From contig JBJMOW010000004.1 of NCBI GenBank assembly GCA_045803545.1, positions 1,024,001-1,088,000 of the forward strand: a DNA stretch of 64,000 nt, read 5' to 3'. Made by a program: the position numbers and the translations under genes. This DNA is from Gemmatimonadaceae bacterium (GTDB lineage: Bacteria; Gemmatimonadota; Gemmatimonadetes; Gemmatimonadales; Gemmatimonadaceae). Shown here in pieces: positions 55,546 to 64,000 of the stretch. The notes beneath the pieces are model-generated. The model was not told the origin of the DNA. It ran no database searches and saw nothing but the letters and a program-made list of their open reading frames with translations. Numbering within the stretch: the stretch's first letter is position 1; each line of letters begins with the position of its first letter.

Positions 55546-56207
55546 ACCTGAGTCGTGCAGCGCTTGCGGAGCTCGGCGATCTCGGCTTGCGGATCCTTCG
55601 CCGAGAAAATCGCGTTGCCCGCGACGAACGTGTCAGCGCCGGCCTCCCACACCGATTTGATGGTCTTGCGGTCGATCCCGCCGTCTACTTCAAGAAACTC
55701 TTTGCTGCCGTTGGCGCCGAGCATCTCGCGCGCGCGCCGAATTTTGTCGAGCGAGCTCTTGATGAATTTCTGGCCGCCGAATCCCGGGTTGACCGTCATC
55801 ACCAGCAGCAGGTCGATGTCGGCGACCACTTCGCTCACTGTCGATAGCGACGTGCCGGGATTCACAACAGCGCCGGCTCGGCAACCGAGCTCGCGGATGC
55901 GATTGAGCTGGCGCTGCAGATGCGGCGATACTTCGGTGTGAATGGACATTCCGTTGGCACCGGCGGCTGCAAAGTCGTCGAAGTAGTTCTCGGGCTGAAC
56001 GACCATCAGATGGACGTCGAGCGGCAACTTCGTGAGCTTCCGCACCGACTCGATCACCTTGGCGCCGAACGTGAGATTCGGCACAAACCTGCCGTCCATC
56101 ACATCGATGTGAATCCAGTCCGCGCCACCTGCCTCGAGCATCGCGATTTCGTCAGCGAGTTTCGACAGATCAGCGCTAAGAATTGAAGGCGCGATCCGAA
56201 CGGTCAT
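55542..56207 (-). CDS. rpe: Ribulose-phosphate 3-epimerase
   Basis: APSILSAD, HIDVMDG, DVHLM, MTVNPGFGGQ and VDGG motifs. Confidence 0.95.
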   Translation of the reverse strand: MTVRIAPSILSADLSKLADEIAMLEAGGADWIHIDVMDGRFVPNLTFGAKVIESVRKLTKLPLDVHLMVVQPENYFDDFAAAGANGMSIHTEVSPHLQRQLNRIRELGCRAGAVVNPGTSLSTVSEVVADIDLLLVMTVNPGFGGQKFIKSSLDKIRRAREMLGANGSKEFLEVDGGIDRKTIKSVWEAGADTFVAGNAIFSAKDPQAEIAELRKRCTTQV

Positions 56208-57034
56208 TCGGGGCGCGGGAGGCGGGAGGCGGGAAGCGGGAAGCGGAAGACGGTCGCGGAAGGTGGGGGTGCTGCCACGCCGGTGTCCATTCTCAGTGTC
56301 GGTGGCGGCGGGAAATGAGATACGGTTAGACTCACCGGGCCGCCGGCTGAAATCGTCTGGCCCGCGGCCGGAAGCTGGCGGATGACAGTGTTCTCCGGCT
56401 GCAGCGAGCTGGTGTCGCGTGAGACTCCAGCGATGCGAAGACCGATTTGCTCGACCATCGATCGAGCCTCACCGACGCTACGGCCGTACAGGTCGGGCAT
56501 CTGTACAGTCGCTGGTCCTTTGCTGATTACGATGTCGACGCTGCCTGGCAACTGTACCTGGGTCCCCGCCGCAGGCGAGCTCGAGATGACGAGTCCGCGC
56601 GGAGCGTCTGCCAGCTGCTCGGTAACGTTGCCCATGGTGAGTCCGGTGTTCTCGATCGCGATGCGCGCCTGTTGCTGCGACATGTTGGTCGTCACCGGAA
56701 CTTCGGCCGTCTTCTGGCCGGCGCTTAGAGCGAGCACGACCGTCGTCCCGCGTTTTTGCCTGCTTCCTGCCGGCGGATCCTCCTGAATCACGACGTTCGC
56801 AGGGATCGTCTTGTGAAAGCGAGACTCGCCCTGCTGCGACGGGAACCCCGCCTTCTGCAGAATCGCTGATGCATCTTCGAAGGTCTTGCCGACTACATTC
56901 GGTAGAATTCCGTCGTCGGGAAGCACCTGCGCCGGAAATGCAAACAGAAAAACCGCGGCGTAGGAGATGAGAAATCCACCGGCCGCGGCAATCAGGTATG
57001 GCAACGCGCGACGGGGCGCCGAGCGCCAGTTCAT
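56204..57034 (-). CDS. PASTA domain protein (three PASTA repeats, no kinase)
   Basis: TM segment followed by LPNVVGK, VPVTTNM and MPDLYGR repeats. Confidence 0.85.
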   Translation of the reverse strand: MNWRSAPRRALPYLIAAAGGFLISYAAVFLFAFPAQVLPDDGILPNVVGKTFEDASAILQKAGFPSQQGESRFHKTIPANVVIQEDPPAGSRQKRGTTVVLALSAGQKTAEVPVTTNMSQQQARIAIENTGLTMGNVTEQLADAPRGLVISSSPAAGTQVQLPGSVDIVISKGPATVQMPDLYGRSVGEARSMVEQIGLRIAGVSRDTSSLQPENTVIRQLPAAGQTISAGGPVSLTVSHFPPPPTLRMDTGVAAPPPSATVFRFPLPASRLPRPE

Positions 57035-58366
57035 TTAGCTGACCCTGCGCAGCCGCGCAGCGAACGCTCCATCCGTACCGTGACGCTGGGGCAGCGCGCG
57101 CAACTTGCCGTTGTCCAGAAGATCGGGGTGTACCGCTCCGTCCGGGGGCGCCTCGAGCACGAAGTTCAGATTCTCCGACAGGAACCAGTCGATCTGTGAG
57201 TCGTTCTCCTCGGGCTCGAGCGAGCACGTGCTGTAAATCAGCAGCCCGCCAGGCTTAACTGCTTCAGCCGCCGCGGCCAGAATTGTCCGCTGCAGTTGAG
57301 ACATCACTGCGAAGTCCGAGACCTTGATGCGCCAACGTGCATCCGGATGGCGACGGAAGGTTCCGGTCCCGGTGCAGGGAACATCGATCAGCACCACGTC
57401 CACCGGCTTGATCGCCGGCTGCCGTGCGTCGCCAACGAATGGATAAACGTTGAGACTTTCGAGCCGCTTCTGATTTGCGAGCAGCCGCTGCAGGCGAGCA
57501 AACGATTTGTCAGACCCCACTACCCGGCTGGCGGTGCGCGAGAGCTCCAGTGCTTTCCCGCCCGGCGCTGCGCAGAGATCGGCAACTGTCGAACCGGTCT
57601 GGATCGCCGCGTACATCGTCACCAGCGTTGCCGCCGGATCCTGGACGAAGAACAGTCCTTTCTTGAACGCGCCCAGCTCGGTGAATGTCGTACCACCCGA
57701 AATGGCGATGCTGTCGCGTGCATAGGGAGCTTCGGCGACGTGAACGCCGGCAGCTTCCATCATCGCCTCCAGCTGCTCACGCACTATTCCGTATGGCCGA
57801 ATGATGACCGGCGCTTCAGCATTGTTGAGAGTCAGCAGCCGCTCGGTGTCCTGCTCACCGAAGCGCTCGATCCAGCGCGCGATCAACCAGCGTGGATGCG
57901 AATACTTGAGCGCCAGCATGTCGACCGTTTCCCCGGTGGGGGAAGTAGATAGACTCTCTCTTTCGCGATCCGTGCGGCGCAGCACAGCGTTGACGAGTTT
58001 GCTCGCTCCCAGTCCGTGACGTCGCTTCGCCAGCTCCACCGTCTGGGCGATTGCCGCGTACGCCGGCACGCTTCCCATGAACAGCAGCTGATACACGCCG
58101 AGTCGCAGCAGGTCGATGACATCGGGATCGAGGCGTACGAGTCCGCCGCGCACCCGCTCCGAGAGAATCGCATCGATACCAGCGCGATGACGGAGCATGC
58201 CATACACGAGCTCGCGAGTCCAGCGACGGTCCCGCGCATCGAGCGGACCAATGCGGCGCTCGAATGACTGATCGAGGAATTCTCCGCGACGCAGGTCGAC
58301 GCAGACTTCCGCTGCCACCGCGCGGGCGGCAGTGACCGGGCTGGTAGATGTAACGGTAGCGCTCAT
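57035..58366 (-). CDS. rsmB: 16S rRNA m5C967 methyltransferase
   Basis: NusB-like N-terminus, VQD, DLCAAPGGK, DVPCTGTG and YSTCS motifs. Confidence 0.92.
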   Translation of the reverse strand: MSATVTSTSPVTAARAVAAEVCVDLRRGEFLDQSFERRIGPLDARDRRWTRELVYGMLRHRAGIDAILSERVRGGLVRLDPDVIDLLRLGVYQLLFMGSVPAYAAIAQTVELAKRRHGLGASKLVNAVLRRTDRERESLSTSPTGETVDMLALKYSHPRWLIARWIERFGEQDTERLLTLNNAEAPVIIRPYGIVREQLEAMMEAAGVHVAEAPYARDSIAISGGTTFTELGAFKKGLFFVQDPAATLVTMYAAIQTGSTVADLCAAPGGKALELSRTASRVVGSDKSFARLQRLLANQKRLESLNVYPFVGDARQPAIKPVDVVLIDVPCTGTGTFRRHPDARWRIKVSDFAVMSQLQRTILAAAAEAVKPGGLLIYSTCSLEPEENDSQIDWFLSENLNFVLEAPPDGAVHPDLLDNGKLRALPQRHGTDGAFAARLRRVS

Positions 58367-59184
58367 GAGCCGAGCATCCCTGCTGTCGGTGATGACGGAA
58401 CTGCAACCTCGCGTCTCGGCATTCTGCCGGCGAGATACGCATTGCGGCCGGATTCGACCGCGGCTCTCATCGCCGCCGCCATCCGCACCGGATCCTGTGC
58501 TGCTGCAATTCCCGTGTTCATGAGGATTCCGTCCACGCCTTGCTCCATCACGATGCAAGCATCAGACGCGGTGCCGACTCCAGCATCGACGATCACCGGC
58601 ACCGAAAGGCGCTGCTTGATCGTGCGAATCGCATAAGGATTGAGCATGCCCAGCCCCGAGCCGATCGGCGAAGCGAGCGGCATCACCGCAACAGCTCCGG
58701 CATCTTCCAGCTTGAGCGCTGTTATCAGGTCATCGTTGGTGTACGCCAGAACCTTGAATCCCTCATCGACCAGAGTTTTTGTCGCCTGCAACAGGCCATC
58801 GGTGTCGGGCAAAAGCGTTTGCTGATCGCCAATGACTTCGAGCTTCACCCATTCATTGAATCCGGCCGCCCGAGCGAGACGAGCGTACCGAATTGCATCG
58901 CCCGCGTTGTAGCAGCCGGCAGTATTTGCCAGCAGGAAATAATGATCGGAATCCAGGTGATGGAGTATTCCTTCCTCTTTCGACCGGTCCAGATCTACGC
59001 GCCGTACTGCGACCGTCACGACCTCGGCGCCTGATGCGTCGATTGCATCGATCATGACCGAGTTGGATGGGTACTTCCCCGTGCCCACCATTAAGCGCGA
59101 GCGAAATTCCCGTCCCGCGATGGTGAATGGCCGTGGATCGGACAGCGTGTGTGCGGCGGGCGAGATAAGGTCAGCGTGTGCCAC
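58363..59184 (-). CDS. thiG: Thiazole synthase
   Basis: SRLMVGTGKY, NTAGC, KLEVI, MPLASPIGSG and DAGVG motifs. Confidence 0.95.
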   Translation of the reverse strand: MAHADLISPAAHTLSDPRPFTIAGREFRSRLMVGTGKYPSNSVMIDAIDASGAEVVTVAVRRVDLDRSKEEGILHHLDSDHYFLLANTAGCYNAGDAIRYARLARAAGFNEWVKLEVIGDQQTLLPDTDGLLQATKTLVDEGFKVLAYTNDDLITALKLEDAGAVAVMPLASPIGSGLGMLNPYAIRTIKQRLSVPVIVDAGVGTASDACIVMEQGVDGILMNTGIAAAQDPVRMAAAMRAAVESGRNAYLAGRMPRREVAVPSSPTAGMLGS

Positions 59185-59186
59185 GA

Positions 59187-59414
59187 TCAGCCTCCACCCA
59201 CGAAGTGGACTATCTCGAGCGCATCGTCTGATTCGAGCGCGAGCGAGGCAAACGTCGAGCGATCCCGGAGAATAATCCCATTGCGTTCGATCACGATCGC
59301 GCGCGCATCAAGGTCGAGGGACGCGAGAAGATCCGACAGCGTCCAGCCGGTTGGGATCCGACGCTCATCGCCGTTCACCGTTATCGGGAAGGCGTCCAAA
59401 GGTGCTACCGTCAT
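59187..59414 (-). CDS. thiS: Sulfur carrier protein
   Basis: VNG...ERNG...EIVHFVGGG C-terminal Gly-Gly. Confidence 0.92.
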   Translation of the reverse strand: MTVAPLDAFPITVNGDERRIPTGWTLSDLLASLDLDARAIVIERNGIILRDRSTFASLALESDDALEIVHFVGGG

Positions 59415-60067
59415 ACCTGAGAAAGATAGCGGCTCGCCGCGAGTTCGGCATTCTCATCATTCCATATTCCGCGAATTGCGGCGACGCCGTACGCGCCACG
59501 ATGGACCAGGGATCGAACGTGCTCCGGCCTGATGCCGCCGATCGCAATTACAGGCACCTTCACAGCCGCGACAACCTCGGGAATGAAATTGTTCTCCCGC
59601 CGAGGCTCGCCGGGGTGGGATGGCGTCTCAAACACGTGCCCGGCCACGCACCAATCTGCTCCCGCCTGCTCGGCGTCGCGCGCTTCATGGGCCGAGTGCA
59701 CGCTGGCGCCGATGAGAAGCGCGGGAGCGATCCGCTGGACGTCGGGAACCGCAATCGACTTATGGGTCAGCTGGACACCCTGGACGCCGCAAGCGAGCGC
59801 AACGTCGACTCGGTCATTTACGATGCACCAGCACTTGGTCTGCTCATGCAGCTCTAGAAGCGCCAGCGTGATCGAGTAAAGGGTCGGGGTATCGAGAAGC
59901 TGAGACCGGATGTGTATGGCGCCTTTGGCTTGCAACACTCGCATGATGCCCATCGCCTTTCGCAGGAATCCGGGGCGGAGCATGATCTCGTCATTGGTGA
60001 CGGCGTGAACGACCGGCAGCTCCTCGATCGGCGCTTTGACGGGTGACGGAGTCGCCGCGGTAGTCAA
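59411..60067 (-). CDS. tenI: TenI-like thiazole tautomerase (ThiE fold)
   Basis: HAVTND, IHIR, VQL, SVHS and GHVFET resemble Bacillus TenI. The ThiE QxRxK and TxTK motifs are absent. Confidence 0.65.
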   Translation of the reverse strand: MTTAATPSPVKAPIEELPVVHAVTNDEIMLRPGFLRKAMGIMRVLQAKGAIHIRSQLLDTPTLYSITLALLELHEQTKCWCIVNDRVDVALACGVQGVQLTHKSIAVPDVQRIAPALLIGASVHSAHEARDAEQAGADWCVAGHVFETPSHPGEPRRENNFIPEVVAAVKVPVIAIGGIRPEHVRSLVHRGAYGVAAIRGIWNDENAELAASRYLSQV

Positions 60068-60999
60068 CTATCGCCTCCGAGGACTTCGCCGACCTCAGCG
60101 GCGCGGCCGCGCGTCCAATCGTGCGCCGCCATCCGGCTTTTACCAGCTGGCTGAACTTCGCTGATGCGCAACGCATCGAGGCCGCACGCCACGATAAGCT
60201 CGGCTTTGGTTTTGAGGACCTCGCCGGGTTTGCCTGTGATGCCATCCATCACTCTCGGGCCAAACAGTTTCACATCGCCCTTCGATGTCCTGGTGAAGGC
60301 GCCGGGTTTGGGGTCGAAAGCCCGGATTTGTCGTGAGATTTCCAGCGCGCTCTTTTGCCAATCAATGCGCGCGGACTCACGTGTGATCTTGGGCGCGAAG
60401 GTCGCCCGCGACTCATCCTGCGGTTGCTCGGCAACCTTTCCGGACAGGCTGTAAAGAGTGAGCGCCTCGACGAGGGTGAGGGCGCCCAGCTCTGACAAAC
60501 GGTTCTGCAGCTCGCCATAGGTCTCGTCATCGACGACCGGCGTCTCGGACTGCAAAATCATCGGACCAGCGTCGAGCTTCTGCACTACCCGCATCACCGT
60601 GACGCCGGTCTCGGTGAATCCCTCGAGGATAGCGGCCTGGATCGGCGCCGCGCCACGCAACAGTGGTAGTAGCGAAGCATGGACGTTGAGCGTGCCCAGT
60701 CGAGGCACGTCAATGATTTTCTGCGGGAGAATGTGCCCGTAAGCGACAACGACCGAGATGTCGGGCTTCAATTTCTCGAGCGTGTTGTAAAGCTCGAGAT
60801 CTCTGGCATTCTTCGGCTGAAATATCTCGAGCTCTTCGTCGAGCGCGATCTGCTTGATCGCCGACGGAATTATCTCGCGTGAGCGACCCTGCGGCTTGTC
60901 CGGCTGAGTGACGACGCCGATGACGTCGAATCCCTCACCGAGCAGGGCGCGCAGCGACGGCGCGGCGAATTCCGGTGTGCCCCAGAAAACGACGCGCAC
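60064..60999 (-). CDS. fmt: Methionyl-tRNA formyltransferase
   Basis: FWGTPEFA, VTQPD, NVHASLLP..RGAAPI and LDAG motifs. Confidence 0.95.
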   Translation of the reverse strand: MRVVFWGTPEFAAPSLRALLGEGFDVIGVVTQPDKPQGRSREIIPSAIKQIALDEELEIFQPKNARDLELYNTLEKLKPDISVVVAYGHILPQKIIDVPRLGTLNVHASLLPLLRGAAPIQAAILEGFTETGVTVMRVVQKLDAGPMILQSETPVVDDETYGELQNRLSELGALTLVEALTLYSLSGKVAEQPQDESRATFAPKITRESARIDWQKSALEISRQIRAFDPKPGAFTRTSKGDVKLFGPRVMDGITGKPGEVLKTKAELIVACGLDALRISEVQPAGKSRMAAHDWTRGRAAEVGEVLGGDS

Positions 61000-61556
61000 T
61001 ACATCTCCGTTTCGTGATGATGCTCGCCGGGAACTTCCGCTTTGACTTTCCTGATAAATCCAGGATACTCGGTCTTTGACTTCTCCCATTTCGCCATCGC
61101 GGACTTGCGTTTGAGCGGGCTCAGGTAATCCACGAAAAGCTTGCCGTCGAGATGATCGATCTCGTGCTGAAAGCATCGGCCGAGCAGCTCCGACGCCGTC
61201 GCCTCGTACTGCTCGCCGTTTTCATTGGTGGCGCGAATCGTCACGGTAAACGGCCGCTCGACATCGCCGTAGATCTCGGGAATCGACAGGCATCCCTCTT
61301 CTGCCTTGTCGATGTCGCCAGTGCGCTCTATCACCTCGGGATTGATGAGTGTGAACTTCTGACCCTCGACGTCCACTACGGCCAGACGTTCGGTGCGGCC
61401 GACTTGGGGTGCGGCGAGGCCAATGCCCTCCGCGGCGTACATCGTCTCGAACATGTCGGCGACGAGCTGTCGCAGCTCGTCGGTGATTTCGGTGACGTGC
61501 TTTGTCGGCTTCCGCAGAACCGGGTCGCCCAGCACCCGGATGTCTAGAATGCTCAC
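60999..61556 (-). CDS. def: Peptide deformylase
   Basis: GIGLAAPQVG, EGCLS and HEIDH motifs. Confidence 0.95.
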   Translation of the reverse strand: MSILDIRVLGDPVLRKPTKHVTEITDELRQLVADMFETMYAAEGIGLAAPQVGRTERLAVVDVEGQKFTLINPEVIERTGDIDKAEEGCLSIPEIYGDVERPFTVTIRATNENGEQYEATASELLGRCFQHEIDHLDGKLFVDYLSPLKRKSAMAKWEKSKTEYPGFIRKVKAEVPGEHHHETEM

Positions 61557-61873
61557 CCAGCCGTCGCGGTGGAGGTGCCAGTATGTCTGCTGATCTTGGC
61601 GATGCGGCCGCGCTCGATAACGACACGCGTGTCGCCGGTCTTGATGGTGACTCGATCTTCCATGCTGCCGCCGTCGGCACCGACTTCCTTGATGAAGACG
61701 ACCTCGCCGACGAGGCCGCCGTTGGTGACGATCTCATCCCCTTTCTTGAGCGTGCGTACCATCTCGTCGTGCTTCTTGCGCTGGGTCTGTTGCGGACGAA
61801 TGAGTACGAAATAGAAAATCGCGAAAATCGCTCCATACATGAAAATGGAGCCGATGATTGGATTGCTTTGCAT
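61553..61873 (-). CDS. yajC: Preprotein translocase subunit YajC
   Basis: FYFVLIRPQ, LKKGDEIVTNGG, downstream of tgt. Confidence 0.92.
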   Translation of the reverse strand: MQSNPIIGSIFMYGAIFAIFYFVLIRPQQTQRKKHDEMVRTLKKGDEIVTNGGLVGEVVFIKEVGADGGSMEDRVTIKTGDTRVVIERGRIAKISRHTGTSTATAG

Positions 61874-61909
61874 GTGCCTGGGGCCCGGTACCGGTTCAGT
61901 GCGAGATGA

Positions 61910-63138
<1,229 letters not shown>

Positions 63139-63159
63139 TGTCTCTTGAAGGCCACGAAA

Positions 63160-64000
63160 ATGCCAGACGGCAAAGTGTGGTTCATCACCGGCTGCTCCAC
63201 CGGCTTCGGTCGCGAGCTCGCCAAGACGGTGCTCGAACGCGGGTATCGATGCGTCGTAACGGCGCGGGATCCGGCGAAGGCGGAAGACATCGCCAGGGGA
63301 CGTGAAGACCGCGCGCTGGTCCTCGAGCTCGACGTCACCGACCACGTGCAGGTCAACGCCGCAGTGAGCAGCGCGGTCGAGCACTTTGGCAAAATCGATG
63401 TGCTCGTAAACAACGCCGGCATCGGCTACTTCGGGTCCGTTGAGGAAAGCGACGAAGAAGAATTCCGCTGGATGTTCGAAATCAACTTTTTCGGCTTGTC
63501 GGCGATGACGCGCGCAGTGCTGCCGATTATGCGCAAGCAACGCAGCGGACAGATCGTCAACATCTCGTCGATCGGCGGCCTGCGCAGTTTTCCGGCACTC
63601 GCGTATTACAACGCGACCAAGTACGCCGTCGAGGGGTTTTCGGAATCGCTCGCACTAGAGGTCGCGCCGCTGGGTATCAAGGTTACGCTGGTCGAACCGA
63701 GCGGATTCCGCACCGATTGGGCTGGGCGATCGGCGGGAGAGACGAAATCGGGAATTGCCGATTATGCCGACACCGCGTGGAAGAACATTCAGAACCTGCG
63801 CGCGTCGAGCGGCAAACAGCCCGGTGATCCGGTGCGCGCTGCTGCCGCCATCATCGACGCTGTCGAATCGCCGAATCCTCCTCTCCGCCTGCTGCTTGGA
63901 AAGGCAGCCCTCAAAGGAGCACGCATCAAACTCGACATTCTGAAGCGGGATTTCGACGCATGGGAGCAAACGACCGTAGACGCCGATACTCCCGAGGCCG
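63160..64000 (+). CDS. SDR oxidoreductase, 3'-truncated by the window edge
   Basis: MPDGKVWFITGCSTGFG, NNAG, YNATK and VEPSGFRT motifs. No stop before the end, so it is absent from the ORF track. Confidence 0.88.
   Translation, partial: MPDGKVWFITGCSTGFGRELAKTVLERGYRCVVTARDPAKAEDIARGREDRALVLELDVTDHVQVNAAVSSAVEHFGKIDVLVNNAGIGYFGSVEESDEEEFRWMFEINFFGLSAMTRAVLPIMRKQRSGQIVNISSIGGLRSFPALAYYNATKYAVEGFSESLALEVAPLGIKVTLVEPSGFRTDWAGRSAGETKSGIADYADTAWKNIQNLRASSGKQPGDPVRAAAAIIDAVESPNPPLRLLLGKAALKGARIKLDILKRDFDAWEQTTVDADTPEA

Noticed and set aside
59187..59414. ThiS (C-terminal GG) as the modifier for the PafA-like ligase
   Set aside because: It is explained by the adjacent thiG. Pup-type modifiers end in GGE/GGQ and are disordered.

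Overview
A GC-rich, gene-dense bacterial chromosomal window with about 60 CDS. No rRNA, tRNA, CRISPR array, transposase or prophage was recognised. Gene content and order suggest Gemmatimonadota (inference). Most of it is housekeeping or envelope genes: a stand-alone dnaE2, ltaE, glcDEF, a ygfZ-like gene, a sigma-70 factor, aroB, pduO, an FNR, lspA, mpl, tamA/tamB and an FTR1-cytochrome c fusion. It ends with a long minus-strand operon, tgt-yajC-def-fmt-tenI-thiS-thiG-rsmB-PASTA-rpe-tlpA-tsaD-lgt. The best candidate for an undescribed system is the minus-strand operon at about 32.4-37.8 kb: a peptide ABC binding lipoprotein and permease, a signal-less class A beta-lactamase-fold serine hydrolase, a signal-less M15-like metallopeptidase, and a PafA/Dop (Pup-ligase)-like carboxylate-amine ligase. 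No Pup/UBact or proteasome genes accompany it, and it faces the murein peptide ligase mpl. Window-wide signals include four genes that seem to need CTG starts, many -10 boxes directly before start codons (leaderless-type), a dispersed palindromic 18-mer element, and heptamer repeats that invade coding sequences. All functional calls come from motif recognition by eye; no database search was run.
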